Shown piece after piece: positions 9,031 to 19,320 of a DNA stretch of 64,000 nucleotides. Location of the stretch: positions 18,454 through 82,453 of the forward strand of contig CAYSNL010000002.1 of assembly GCA_964432435.1 (NCBI GenBank). The letters are read 5' to 3'. Each line of letters starts with the position of its first letter. Position 1 is the first letter of the stretch. Source of the DNA: Candidatus Woesearchaeota archaeon. Lineage in GTDB: Archaea; Nanobdellota; Nanobdellia; SCGC-AAA011-G17; JACPIM01. Both the position numbers and the translations under genes were made by a program. The notes beneath the pieces were generated by a model that saw nothing but the letters and a program-made list of their open reading frames with translations, was not told the origin of the DNA and searched no databases.

Positions 9031-10179
9031 ATGAAAAATAGATCTTTCAGTATATTTTTGTTAGTTATTATGGTTTTAGTGTTTTCAGTTTTTACTGTAG
9101 GGGCTATTGATGAGTCTAAAGGTGGTAAAGTTAGGGTTGTTGCTCATACAAATAAAGAGGTTTCTGATGGTTTAGAAAATGGTTGTAAAATTGTAAGAGA
9201 AGCTAGGACTTTAAAAGCATTAGTTTGTTCTGTTAATGTTGCCGATTCCTTAGGGTTACAAGAGGATATAGAAGTATTTACAATGGACTCTGGTGCAAAT
9301 ACGCAAATAAAAGCTGATTTAGTGCAGGCTTCTGGAAATAATGGTAATGGAAGGAAAGTTGTTGTTTTAGATACCGGTTATAATTATGGTCATCAAGAAT
9401 TAAGTTCCAGTTATTTAGGTGGTTATGATTTTGTTAACGATGATAATGATCCGTTTGATGATAATGGTCATGGAAGTCATGTAGCTGGGATCATAACTGC
9501 TGATGGTATCGATAATAAGGCAAAGGGAGTAGCACCAGGAACAGGAATAATCTCTGGAAAAATATTAAGCGCTTCTGGTTCTGGATATTTTAGTGACGTT
9601 GTTGCAGCAATCTATTGGGCAGTGGATGGTTCAGATGGTATTTATGGGACTGAAGATGACTTCAATGTGGATGCAATAAGTATGAGTTTGGGAACTTCGC
9701 AACCATATACATATAAAGGATTTTGTGATAGTGTTTTACCAGATTTAACAAATGCAATTAAATATGCAATAGATAAAGGAATCATAATTGTTGTTGCTGC
9801 TGGTAATAGTGGTAATGCAGGAGTTTCAATTCCAGGTTGTATTAGTTACTCAACAACTGTAGGAGCAGTAGACAAATATGATAAAATTGCTTCTTTCTCT
9901 GGAAGAGGAAAAGCTGTTGATATTTCTGCTCCTGGTGTAAGTTTATATTCCTCTTGGTTAGGAAATTCATATGTAACAGCAAGTGGGACAAGTATGGCAA
10001 CACCCGTTGTTAGCGGAACTGTTGGATTAATTAAAGTTGCACATCCTGGTTATACAGTAGTTCAAGTGCAAGATGCTTTGTTTAAGACAGCTAAAGATTT
10101 AGGAAAGACTGGTAAAGATACAAGTTATGGCTATGGTAGAGTAGATGCTTATGGTGCAGTTAATTATTTGTTACCATAA
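9031..10179 (+). CDS. secreted subtilisin-like serine protease (peptidase S8)
   Basis: Signal peptide; catalytic triad blocks 'VVVLDTGY' (Asp), 'HGSHVAG' (His), 'GTSMATP' (Ser). Confidence 0.85.
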   Translation: MKNRSFSIFLLVIMVLVFSVFTVGAIDESKGGKVRVVAHTNKEVSDGLENGCKIVREARTLKALVCSVNVADSLGLQEDIEVFTMDSGANTQIKADLVQASGNNGNGRKVVVLDTGYNYGHQELSSSYLGGYDFVNDDNDPFDDNGHGSHVAGIITADGIDNKAKGVAPGTGIISGKILSASGSGYFSDVVAAIYWAVDGSDGIYGTEDDFNVDAISMSLGTSQPYTYKGFCDSVLPDLTNAIKYAIDKGIIIVVAAGNSGNAGVSIPGCISYSTTVGAVDKYDKIASFSGRGKAVDISAPGVSLYSSWLGNSYVTASGTSMATPVVSGTVGLIKVAHPGYTVVQVQDALFKTAKDLGKTGKDTSYGYGRVDAYGAVNYLLP

Positions 10180-10252
10180 TCTTTTATTTTTCTTATTTTT
10201 AATGCAATAGGAAGGTTTTTATATTTGTTTTTATTCTTTTTTTAATAAAAGG

Positions 10253-10897
10253 GTGATTATACTGCTAAAAAAAGGTTTTGAAGATGTGGTTAATGTTTTA
10301 ATCATAGTTTTAGTTATTTCTTTATCGGTATTATTTTCAATTCTTATTACACAATATTCATTATTAAGTATTACTGGTTTGGATATAGCTACAACACAAG
10401 GAAATGTAGAAGAAGGGATGGGAATAGGTTTAGATATAAGCTATAAATTAGTTGATTTTGGTAATGTTTATGGTGGTGAAACTAAAGACACTACCGCTTA
10501 TACAGACGTTGCACAGTTGCAACCTAAACCAATTATCGTTAGGAATATTGGCAGTGAGCCAATAGATGTTCAAATAAGTGCAACTCCTCTTTGGACGTCC
10601 GCTGATGCTGTTCCTGGTGATTATAAGTTTTCAGTTAGTAATCCGGGAATAACTAATGCTGGTTTAGATACGTGTAGTACGGCATGTTTTACTTCAACAC
10701 CTGCACCTAGAGCATTACCACAAATTATTCCTACACAACAACCTAGTCCAATACCTGCAAATGCTATTAATAATCTCAATTTTCAAGATGCTAATGATGA
10801 GGCAAGAATTGATATACATGTACATGTTCCTGTAAATCAACAAGGGGCAGTAAGTTCAACTGTAACTTTAACAGGAGTATATTCAAATACCTTTTAA
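10253..10897 (+). CDS. surface protein paralog A (pilin-like N-terminus)
   Basis: N-terminal 'LKKG|FEDVVNVLIIVLVISLSVLF' resembles a class III signal. Shares blocks with 11110..11769: 'PKPIIVRNIGSEPIDVQISATP' vs 'PKPILIRNDGSVDADVQVCASP', and C-terminal 'INNLNFQDANDEARIDIHVHVP' vs 'INNLKFANANDEAELNILIHVP'. Confidence 0.45.
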   Translation: MIILLKKGFEDVVNVLIIVLVISLSVLFSILITQYSLLSITGLDIATTQGNVEEGMGIGLDISYKLVDFGNVYGGETKDTTAYTDVAQLQPKPIIVRNIGSEPIDVQISATPLWTSADAVPGDYKFSVSNPGITNAGLDTCSTACFTSTPAPRALPQIIPTQQPSPIPANAINNLNFQDANDEARIDIHVHVPVNQQGAVSSTVTLTGVYSNTF

Positions 10898-10907
10898 AGA
10901 GGATAAA

Positions 10908-11117
10908 ATGGATGAAAAACAAAAAAAATTTTTTATTATGATGATAATTTTAGCTATTGTAATTTCGATAATAGCAACCCTAGTTGTTGTTAATTTTATG
11001 CCTGTTCAAGAAAAAGACGAGAAAGGCAGTTCAACTGTTATTATAGAACAACAAAAACAAGATAATAAAGCTATTGTGACTGCAGTCGTAAAAGAAGAAG
11101 AGGGAAAAAATGAATAA
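10908..11117 (+). CDS. small single-pass membrane protein
   Basis: 69 aa, one TM helix, between the two paralogs. Confidence 0.3.
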   Translation: MDEKQKKFFIMMIILAIVISIIATLVVVNFMPVQEKDEKGSSTVIIEQQKQDNKAIVTAVVKEEEGKNE

Positions 11118-11769
11118 AAATTATATATATTCTCTATTACTCATTGTAATAGTTGTTTCTATTTTTGTTTCGGTATTTACTAAGATTTACTTACCTATTC
11201 AAATAACAGGCAATCCTGTTACTGACACTGGCACTGTTCAAGCCAATGTTTTGTCTGGATTGGGTATTTCAGTAAGCACAGAGTATAATATAGTTAATTT
11301 TGGTAGTATTACAAGAACTTTTTCTTATGATACTCTAAGTAACAGTCCTAAACCAATATTAATAAGGAACGATGGTTCAGTAGACGCTGATGTTCAGGTT
11401 TGTGCTTCTCCTCAGTTTTGGGCTTCTGGCAATAGACTTGTTTCAGATTTTCAGTTTCAAGTTGATGTGCCAGGTGCAGGTGTTTTTCCTTTAGCTAGTG
11501 GCGGTGCTGGAGCTGATAATTGTGGTGCAGTAACATCTGGTACTTGTTTTACTTATAGTGGAACTAAAACTACTGCAACAAATATGCCTTTCCCAGTTGG
11601 AATTCCTCCAGTATGTACGCCAGCTGGGGCAATTAATAATCTCAAATTTGCTAATGCAAACGATGAAGCAGAATTAAACATATTAATACATGTTCCTGCA
11701 GATGAATCTACTGGCGCTAAAAGCACTCAAATAACTATTACTGGTGTAGATCCTGCAACAATACCATAG
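11110..11769 (+). CDS. surface protein paralog B
   Basis: N-terminal TM/signal; paralogous to 10253..10897 (see motifs there). Confidence 0.45.
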   Translation: MNKNYIYSLLLIVIVVSIFVSVFTKIYLPIQITGNPVTDTGTVQANVLSGLGISVSTEYNIVNFGSITRTFSYDTLSNSPKPILIRNDGSVDADVQVCASPQFWASGNRLVSDFQFQVDVPGAGVFPLASGGAGADNCGAVTSGTCFTYSGTKTTATNMPFPVGIPPVCTPAGAINNLKFANANDEAELNILIHVPADESTGAKSTQITITGVDPATIP

Positions 11770-11774
11770 TTATA

Positions 11775-13028
11775 ATGAAAAAGGTTAGGTTTTTACTTTA
11801 CTCATTTATTTTTTTGATTTCTTTAAATTATAGTGGCGCTTTTTTAATAAGTCCTTCTTACTATAATGTTGATTTTGTACCTAATGATGAAAAAACTTTA
11901 ATAATATCTTTAATAAATAATAATAAGGAAGATATAATATTGGATACTTATATCAAAACTGTTTTTTTACATCCTATAGCGGTTGAAGAACTTAAGAATT
12001 CTTTTTCATTAAATACTAGCCAAATTCATTTTAAAGAAAAGGATAGTGTTATTGTTTTTGCTTTGAATATTAAATTTCCTGAAAAATTAACTTTAAACGG
12101 AACAAATGATTTAAGAGTTGGTGCTGTTGAAAGTGCTGGTGTTGGAGAAGTTGCTTTTAGAGCTGCAAACGAAGTCAGGATTTTAATTAAGAATGGTGAA
12201 GGGGAAGTGATAACTCCACCAATTGAAGCTAGTGTAAGTGGCACAGCAGGACAAAAAGGGATAGAGGGAGTTGCAAATTCTGGTAATAAGAAATTTTTAG
12301 ATATAGATGTATTGGGGATTACTGCAACAGATGTTTATCTCGGGGAGAAATCAGAAATTACAATAAAAATTAAGAATAATGAAAAATTTAAAGTATATAT
12401 AAGTGGGATAATAAATATATTTAATGATAAAGAGGTAGCAGAGACTATTAATATTCCTTTTACAGGTATAGACCCTTTAAAAGAGATTAATCTTTTAGCT
12501 TACTGGGACTCTAAATTTGCTTCTGTTGGAAAGTATAATGTAGAGGCTGCCATTACATATGATGGTGGTTCTAAAAAAGTGGCAACGACAATGAATGTTA
12601 AGGAAAGGACAGTTAGATTAATCCCTCCAACAAATATGATTTTAATTCCAGTAGGAATTTTGTTTTTAATCTTGTTTATTATTTTTTTAATCTTATTTTT
12701 GTTAAGCAGGAAAGAAGAAGGAATTGAAATTGTTAGCGTTAATGTTATTAACTTAATTCCTAATGGGGTTGCTGATATAGATATAAAATATAAAAATAAA
12801 GATAATAAAGAGTATAAAAATTGTTATTTAATTATTAATATTAAAAACTTAAATAATGTTTTAGTAGATTCAATAAAATCTAATGAAGAAAACATTAAAA
12901 AAAAGGGAGAGGGTTGTTATTCTTTTGGTTGGGATGCTAGGAATATTCCATCAGGGGTTTATATGGTTTATGTTACTCTTGGTTATGAGAATAAACAGAC
13001 TAGTAAAGTAGTTGAGGTTAAATTATGA
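11775..13028 (+). CDS. secreted protein with C-proximal membrane anchor
   Basis: Signal peptide 'MKKVRFLLYSFIFLISLNYSGA'; TM segment 'ILIPVGILFLILFIIFLILFLL' near residue 300; no recognisable domain. Confidence 0.4.
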   Translation: MKKVRFLLYSFIFLISLNYSGAFLISPSYYNVDFVPNDEKTLIISLINNNKEDIILDTYIKTVFLHPIAVEELKNSFSLNTSQIHFKEKDSVIVFALNIKFPEKLTLNGTNDLRVGAVESAGVGEVAFRAANEVRILIKNGEGEVITPPIEASVSGTAGQKGIEGVANSGNKKFLDIDVLGITATDVYLGEKSEITIKIKNNEKFKVYISGIINIFNDKEVAETINIPFTGIDPLKEINLLAYWDSKFASVGKYNVEAAITYDGGSKKVATTMNVKERTVRLIPPTNMILIPVGILFLILFIIFLILFLLSRKEEGIEIVSVNVINLIPNGVADIDIKYKNKDNKEYKNCYLIINIKNLNNVLVDSIKSNEENIKKKGEGCYSFGWDARNIPSGVYMVYVTLGYENKQTSKVVEVKL

Positions 13029-13411
13029 AAAAAATCTTATTTTTAATTGGTGTAATAACCTTTGTTTTAACTTTAATAATCCTTAGTCTTATTAAAGTTC
13101 AGAGTTTTGATGTTAAAGTTAATGTTGATAATGCTGTTGGAATTGTGTTAGACAATAAAACTTTAAATTTTGGGACTGTTCCTAGTGCCAATAGTGCTTT
13201 TAAACAAATTAATTTTATCAATAAAGACAATCGAGGAAAATATCTTTACTTTACATCAAAAGGCGAAATAAGAAAATGGCTTGTTGTTGAAGATAACTGG
13301 TTTTATTTAGAACCTAGGACAAATAAAAATATGAAGCTTGAAATTTATATACCTGAAAATACAGAAAATGGTAATTATACTGGAAAGATAACGGTTGTTT
13401 TTTTAGGATGA
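13025..13411 (+). CDS. small secreted/anchored protein
   Basis: 128 aa, N-terminal hydrophobic segment; translationally coupled (ATGA overlap) to upstream gene. Confidence 0.35.
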   Translation: MKKILFLIGVITFVLTLIILSLIKVQSFDVKVNVDNAVGIVLDNKTLNFGTVPSANSAFKQINFINKDNRGKYLYFTSKGEIRKWLVVEDNWFYLEPRTNKNMKLEIYIPENTENGNYTGKITVVFLG

Positions 13412-13421
13412 AATAGTCTTC

Positions 13422-13898
13422 TTATTTTTTGAAATTCATAATGGAATCAAAACTTTGTGCAATTACTTTTGAGTTAATAGCATTAATTTTTATGTTGATT
13501 ATATTAAATACAGAGGTTATATATGAAATATTCCATAGTGGAGCATTAATGTGCTGTAAAATTATTATTTTTTTTGATACATAATCTGAAGGTGCTTTTT
13601 CTTCTTTTAATTTATCTGCCATTTCGATTGCTTGATCAAGCTCTATTTTTATCTCATTTAAATCTAATTTTTCTAAGTCTTCTGGTTTTTTTTGAAAAAC
13701 TCTTGAGTCTTCCTCAATTAAATTTACTTTGTCTTCTTCGATACTAAAAGAGGATACTTTTTTGGTTTCTCTAGAATAAAAAGCAAACTGCCATTTCTCA
13801 TCTAGTGAAAAACAACTTACTAAATAAGCTTCGGGATGATTCCAACTTTTAAAAGTATCAGAATTTTTTATTATGTTTAAACTTTCTTGAAAATTCAT
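13422..13898 (-). CDS. hypothetical protein
   Basis: 158 aa, 4-nt overlap with thrS stop; no motif recognised. Confidence 0.35.
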   Translation of the reverse strand: MNFQESLNIIKNSDTFKSWNHPEAYLVSCFSLDEKWQFAFYSRETKKVSSFSIEEDKVNLIEEDSRVFQKKPEDLEKLDLNEIKIELDQAIEMADKLKEEKAPSDYVSKKIIILQHINAPLWNISYITSVFNIINIKINAINSKVIAQSFDSIMNFKK

Positions 13899-15598
13899 CT
13901 TTTTTCTTTTATTTCATCCAGTATATTATTAATGAACTGGTCTAATTTAACACCAAATTGAACTTTTCCATCTAATGTTCTTATAGCTAATGTATTATTT
14001 TCTTGTTCTTTGTCACCGATGGTTATTGAATAATTTATTTTTTCAAGTTGAGAATCACGAACTTTTTTTCCGATGGATTCTGATCTGTCATCTAATTCAA
14101 CCCTTATATTATTATATTTTAGGTTGTTATAAACTTCTAGGGCAAATTCTTTGTTTCTATCTGTTAAAGTCAATATTTTTACTTGAATTGGGGAGAGCCA
14201 TAATGGGAATTTTCCTGCGTAATGTTCAATTAAAATACCCAAGAATCTCTCAATTGCACCATAAACCACCCTGTGAATCATTACAGGTCTATGTTTTTTT
14301 CCATCTTTTCCTTCATAAGTTAAATCAAATCTCTCTGGAAATGAAAAATCTAACTGTATTGTAGCTAATTGCCATGTTCTTCCTAGCGAATCCTCAACGT
14401 GAAAATCAATTTTAGGACCGTAAAAAGCTCCTTCTCCCTTATTGATTTTGTAATTTATTTTTTTATTATCTAAGGCTTCTTTTAATGCTTTTTCTGCTTT
14501 ATCCCACGTAGTTTTAGAGCCCATTGCTTTTTTTGGCTTTGTGGATAATTCAATATAATAGTTAAATTTGAAAACTTTTTTATAAAAGTAATCAATTAAA
14601 TCAATTATTCTAATGACCTCTTCTTTTATTTGGGATTCTTCTAAGAATATATGAGCATCATCTTGAGTAAATGATCTAAGTCTCAATAAACCGTTTAGAA
14701 CTCCTGATAATTCATGCCTATGGACTAAGCCTAATTCAGCTAATCTCAATGGAAATTCTTTGTAACTATGAAGACCCTCTTTATAGATTAAAACTGCCCC
14801 AGGACAATTCATTGGCTTGACTGCAAAGTCCCTGTTATCAACCTTTGTGAAATACATATTTTCTTTATAATGATCCCAATGACCTGATTCTTCCCACAAT
14901 TTTTTGCTTAATATTATTGGTGTTTTAATTTCTTTATAGTTTTCTTTTTCATGAACCTTGCGCCAAAAACTTATGAGTTCATTAATTATAACAACCCCTT
15001 TTGGATGCCAAAAAATAAATCCAGGACCTTCTTCATGTATTGAGAATAAATCTAATTGTTTTCCTAATTTCACATGATTCCTTTTTTCCGCTTCTTCTAA
15101 TCTTTTTAAATAAATATTTAATTCTTCTTTAGAAGCGAAAGCTGTACCATAAATTCTTTGTAATTGCTTGTTTTTGCGATCTCCTTTCCAATATGCCCCT
15201 GCAATTTTTAATAGTTTAAACGCTTTAATCTCCTTAGTGCTTTTTACATGTGGTCCAGCACATAAATCTATGAAACTGTCAAGAGAATAAAATATTATAT
15301 TATTATTTGGTAAATCTTTTAATAATTCTAGCTTGAATGGCTCGTTTTTTAAAATTCTTTTTGCTTGCTCCCTTGTTTTTTTTGATTTTTTAAAGATTAA
15401 GTTTTTATTTATTATCTCCTGCATCTTTTTTTCTATTTTTTTTAAATCCTCTGGTATAAGATTATGTTTTAAATCAAAGTCGTAATAGAAACCATCTTCA
15501 ATAGAAGGGCCAATGCCTAATTTTGCGTTTGGAAATAATTCCTTTACTGCTGAGGCTAGTACATGAGAAGCTGAGTGCCTAATTGTTTCTAAATTCAT
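13895..15598 (-). CDS. thrS: threonyl-tRNA synthetase (bacterial-type N2 editing + class II catalytic + anticodon-binding domains; no TGS domain)
   Basis: 'RHSASHVLASAVKELFPNAKLGIGPSIEDGFYYDFD' and 'IDLCAGPHV' editing-domain motifs; class II motifs 'FRLRSFTQDDAHIF', 'GRTWQLATIQLDF', 'HRPVMIHRVVYGAIERF'. Confidence 0.9.
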   Translation of the reverse strand: MNLETIRHSASHVLASAVKELFPNAKLGIGPSIEDGFYYDFDLKHNLIPEDLKKIEKKMQEIINKNLIFKKSKKTREQAKRILKNEPFKLELLKDLPNNNIIFYSLDSFIDLCAGPHVKSTKEIKAFKLLKIAGAYWKGDRKNKQLQRIYGTAFASKEELNIYLKRLEEAEKRNHVKLGKQLDLFSIHEEGPGFIFWHPKGVVIINELISFWRKVHEKENYKEIKTPIILSKKLWEESGHWDHYKENMYFTKVDNRDFAVKPMNCPGAVLIYKEGLHSYKEFPLRLAELGLVHRHELSGVLNGLLRLRSFTQDDAHIFLEESQIKEEVIRIIDLIDYFYKKVFKFNYYIELSTKPKKAMGSKTTWDKAEKALKEALDNKKINYKINKGEGAFYGPKIDFHVEDSLGRTWQLATIQLDFSFPERFDLTYEGKDGKKHRPVMIHRVVYGAIERFLGILIEHYAGKFPLWLSPIQVKILTLTDRNKEFALEVYNNLKYNNIRVELDDRSESIGKKVRDSQLEKINYSITIGDKEQENNTLAIRTLDGKVQFGVKLDQFINNILDEIKEKR

Positions 15599-15647
15599 AT
15601 ATTTTAATTAAATAAGTCGGTATTTAAATTTAACTAAGAAAAAGGTT

Positions 15648-15908
15648 TTACTTGATTATTCCTTTTAAATAAGGCATATTCGTTTCGATAAATCCTATAA
15701 TTTCTTTTTTATATTGAGTATTTAAAGAAATGCCTGTGAATTTAGGTTTATTATATATTATTATCCAACCAATTTTTGAAAGTTCTTCTATAGCTCCATT
15801 TAAATTTTGAAATCTTTTGAAATGTTCTGTTCTATCATATTTATTTCCCCAGTTGTTTTTTCTGGCCATTTTGAACATTATCTGGGCTTTTTCTAGATCA
15901 GAAACCAT
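15648..15908 (-). CDS. hypothetical protein
   Basis: 86 aa ORF, no recognisable motif. Confidence 0.25.
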   Translation of the reverse strand: MVSDLEKAQIMFKMARKNNWGNKYDRTEHFKRFQNLNGAIEELSKIGWIIIYNKPKFTGISLNTQYKKEIIGFIETNMPYLKGIIK

Positions 15909-16011
15909 AAAAAATACAATTAAACTGTATTTATAAATGTTGCTATTACTGAAATAATAATTTATGTTATAGAAAGATTTATATATAAGTTATTGGTTTT
16001 ATATTTACATT

Positions 16012-16344
16012 ATGGAAACCAAGAAAAATAAGTCTCTATTTTTAGAGCAGTTTGGAGATACACCTCAATTAAGAGTTTTGGATTTTTTAATAGACAACCA
16101 CTTCTTTGATTTTCCTATGACTGAAATAGCAAAAGGGAGTAATGTAAGTTATAATTCTTTAAAGTTATTTTTTCCTGATCTTATTAAGTCTAGTATTTTA
16201 ATAAAAACTAGAAAGATTGGAAAATCTGATTATTATAAACTTAATATGGATAATATATTTATTAAAAATTTAATTAAACTAGATTGGATTTTAACCAAAA
16301 AGAAAATGATACCGCAAACACAAGAGAATTCTATTACTGCTTGA
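16012..16344 (+). CDS. putative winged-helix DNA-binding protein
   Basis: 'MTEIAKGSNVSYNSLKLFF' HTH-like segment, TrmB/ArsR-like size (110 aa). Confidence 0.35.
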   Translation: METKKNKSLFLEQFGDTPQLRVLDFLIDNHFFDFPMTEIAKGSNVSYNSLKLFFPDLIKSSILIKTRKIGKSDYYKLNMDNIFIKNLIKLDWILTKKKMIPQTQENSITA

Positions 16345-16379
16345 ATCTTTATGTTAGGAAAGCTTTTATATAAATCAAA

Positions 16380-18251
16380 TTGTTATTAATACTTATGAAA
16401 TGGTTTATTTACTTAGGGGTATTTTTTTTATTTATTGGTAATGCTTATGGGTTAATTTTAGTTGATGATTTAGAAAAGGGAGTTTATAATCTTGGTGATT
16501 CTGTTCAAATTTCGGGGTATTTATTAAGAGATAAGGATGATTCAGGTAAATTTGAACTAAGTGTAGATTGTGGTAAAAAAACTGTGCTATTAATGAAATC
16601 AATTAATATAAAGAGGGGAGAAAAATATAATTTTAGTGAGGCCTTGCCTTTATTTTTAGATGTAACTGGCAAATGTAAAATATTGGTTTCGTTTGTAGTT
16701 AATGAGACTTCTGTTGATGATACGTCTACTGAAGATTTTGTTTTGACTTCTGATTTATATGGTAATTTCTCAATTGAGAATAATCTCATTCAATTAGGAA
16801 AAGATATTACGGTAAAAGGTAATGTGAAGAAGATGGATAATGAACCTGTTAATGGTGTTGGTTTATTATATTTTATTTTTGACAATGAAATTAGTTTTAT
16901 AGAGAAAGTAAATATTTTAAATGGAGAATTCGATGCTAGAATTAATACGAATAACAATATGCCTGGTAAGTACACGGCAGATATAGAAGTAAATGATCTT
17001 TATGGAAATAGAAAAAGATTTGATAATATTTTCCAATTTACAATAGTTAATGAAATACCGGTGTTTGTTGAAACAAATAAAAAAGTAGTTTGGCCTGAAG
17101 CTTCATTAACTGTTTTTGGTAAGGTTAATACGATATTAAGAGAAAATATTCGTGATGGTATTGTAATTATAAATTTTGATAATAAACAATTTAAAACAAA
17201 TTTGAAGAAAGATGGAGAGTTTGATTATCAAATAGAAATACCTAACAACATTAGAAGTGGTAAACATAAAATAAAAGCTATTGTACAAGATAACTTTGGT
17301 AATACTGGTGAAGATGAAACTTTAATTGATATTACTCCTATTCCGAGTGTTTTAGAGTTTGATGAAATAGATAAAAGGTTTAACCCAAATAATAATATAT
17401 TGATAAAACCTTATTTGTATGATCAAGCTGGAGATTTAATGGGAGAAGTTGTTACTATTAAAGTAATTGATCCAAATAAAAAAATTGTTTTTAATAAAGA
17501 TACTAAATCTGGTTCCGGTGTTGAATTTAAGTTTCCTGAAAATAGTTTAGTTGGGGTTTGGAAAATTAGAGCTGTTGCTGGTGGTATTCTTAAGGAATAT
17601 GAAACTTCAGTAGATGAGTTATATGCTTTAGATTTTGAAATGAGAAATCAGACTTTACTAGTTAAAAATAAAGGAAATATAAAATATAATGGAGAAATAA
17701 AGATAAAAATGATTAATCCTGATGTTGAATCAACTTTGGTTAAAAGGACTAGTTTGAATCCTGGCGATGTATTAGAAATTAATCTAAGGAGAGAAGTTAA
17801 AACTGGTGCTTATAATATTGAAGTAGGAGATAAAGAATTTAAAGAGATTTATATTGTTGGGATCAGTGCTGCTCCTTATAATACAATTTATTGGGTTATT
17901 ATTATAATTATTCTCTTATTGGTTTGTTATTTCTTCTTTTTTAGAAGAAGAAGGATGATAATTAAAAAAATCAGGGAAAAAAGATCTTTATTAAGGAAAA
18001 AAATGGGCGATGATCTTGAGAAAGTTAAAAAAGATATTTATAGAAATAATATTCTAAGGAAACTTGAAGAGCAGGAAAGAAAAGTAACAAAAAGTTTAAA
18101 ATTTAATTTTAAAAAGAAGAAAGGCGATGATGGGTTTTATTTATTAGGAAGAGAGCTAATCAGAAAAAAGGAAGAGCCTACTTTAGGATGGTCAAACAAA
18201 GAAGAAAAGAAAAAAGGTGGTGGTGATGGACTGTTTAATATGTTTGATTAA
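16380..18251 (+). CDS. large cell-surface protein (type I membrane topology) with highly charged cytoplasmic tail
   Basis: N-terminal signal/TM, ~500-aa beta-rich ectodomain. TM 'YWVIIIIILLLVCYFFFF' followed by 'RRRRMIIKKIREKRSLLRKK...' K/R/E-rich tail. Confidence 0.5.
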   Translation: MLLILMKWFIYLGVFFLFIGNAYGLILVDDLEKGVYNLGDSVQISGYLLRDKDDSGKFELSVDCGKKTVLLMKSINIKRGEKYNFSEALPLFLDVTGKCKILVSFVVNETSVDDTSTEDFVLTSDLYGNFSIENNLIQLGKDITVKGNVKKMDNEPVNGVGLLYFIFDNEISFIEKVNILNGEFDARINTNNNMPGKYTADIEVNDLYGNRKRFDNIFQFTIVNEIPVFVETNKKVVWPEASLTVFGKVNTILRENIRDGIVIINFDNKQFKTNLKKDGEFDYQIEIPNNIRSGKHKIKAIVQDNFGNTGEDETLIDITPIPSVLEFDEIDKRFNPNNNILIKPYLYDQAGDLMGEVVTIKVIDPNKKIVFNKDTKSGSGVEFKFPENSLVGVWKIRAVAGGILKEYETSVDELYALDFEMRNQTLLVKNKGNIKYNGEIKIKMINPDVESTLVKRTSLNPGDVLEINLRREVKTGAYNIEVGDKEFKEIYIVGISAAPYNTIYWVIIIIILLLVCYFFFFRRRRMIIKKIREKRSLLRKKMGDDLEKVKKDIYRNNILRKLEEQERKVTKSLKFNFKKKKGDDGFYLLGRELIRKKEEPTLGWSNKEEKKKGGGDGLFNMFD

Positions 18252-18395
18252 ATTATTTTTGTTCTTTCTAATACCCGGGGAATTGATTTTTAATGCAATG
18301 TTCTGAAAGCAAAAAATCAAAGTCGTAATTGTAAATTAGAGGGGTGAGGACGGCATACCAATAACTTTATATACCACTATAGAATTACTACTTTT

Positions 18396-18740
18396 ATGAA
18401 CTTGGACAATTATTTATTGAGAGGAGTTAAACCTGAAGAGTTTGCCGAATTGAAGAGGCAAGAAGTAGATTTAGTTAATTCTGTAATGGAGGGATTTAAC
18501 GAAACTTGGAAACTAAGAGTTCAAGGAATAAAAGCTACTTTTAAGTATAACCCCTTAAGAAATGTAATTGGAATCTATGTGGAAAGACAAGGACAACAAC
18601 AGCTTGTTGTTGAAGGGCGGGGATTGAGATTGAGTGTAGAAGAGGATGTTGTTGTTGGAAGTTTATATCAAAGAATTGAACAAAAATTAGATAGATTACG
18701 ATTGTTAAAAGAAGAATGGGTTGATTCTGTTTCTAATTAG
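18396..18740 (+). CDS. hypothetical protein
   Basis: 114 aa; composition slightly more GC-rich than neighbours; no motif. Confidence 0.3.
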   Translation: MNLDNYLLRGVKPEEFAELKRQEVDLVNSVMEGFNETWKLRVQGIKATFKYNPLRNVIGIYVERQGQQQLVVEGRGLRLSVEEDVVVGSLYQRIEQKLDRLRLLKEEWVDSVSN

Positions 18741-18831
18741 GGATACCATCTGGGTGAGGATTGGTAAATAAGAGATTTAAATTTCAGCCAAAGAAAAAAT
18801 CATTGAATTTGTGTTGGGTCTAATAAATTAG

Positions 18832-19299
18832 TCATTTAATGAAAATCCAATCTTTTTCTGAATCTATTTTTTTAAAGTCTTTAAATAAATTATTTTTTTC
18901 TAATTCTTTTGCTAATTCTGATTTTTTTAAAATTGTTAAAGCTATTTGTGCGTCTGGTTTTGCTACTCTGAAGATTTCTTTCAATGCTTTTTTTATGTTT
19001 GCATGATGTAATGCTGTGATAGAGACTATGATATCAAATGTGTTATTTTTAAAAGGGATATTTTCCGCTTTTGCCAATATTTTACTCCCTTCATATTGTT
19101 TTAGAAGCTCTTCTGATGGATCTAAAGCAATGCATTTACAATATTTTTCAAATGGTCTTGTTGAAATACCAGTTCCAGAGCCTACATCCAACAATAATCC
19201 TTTGGGTTTAATATTTTCTAGAATAATGTTGACTTTTTTTAGTTGTTCTTCTTTATGAAGTTCATTATACGATTTTGCTATTTTATTATAAAATTGCAT
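18832..19299 (-). CDS. class I SAM-dependent methyltransferase
   Basis: 'LLDVGSGTGIST' motif I, 'DIIVSITALHH' motif; internal Met at 19299 is the likely start (ORF-track start 19362). Confidence 0.65.
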   Translation of the reverse strand: MQFYNKIAKSYNELHKEEQLKKVNIILENIKPKGLLLDVGSGTGISTRPFEKYCKCIALDPSEELLKQYEGSKILAKAENIPFKNNTFDIIVSITALHHANIKKALKEIFRVAKPDAQIALTILKKSELAKELEKNNLFKDFKKIDSEKDWIFIK

Positions 19300-19320
19300 A
19301 AAACTACTAAAATAGAAATA

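Noticed and set aside
13895-15598. ThrRS lacking an editing domain
   Set aside because: The N-terminus aligns with the bacterial-type N2 editing domain (HxxxH and 'CAGPHV' motifs present); only the TGS (N1) domain is missing, which is not exceptional.
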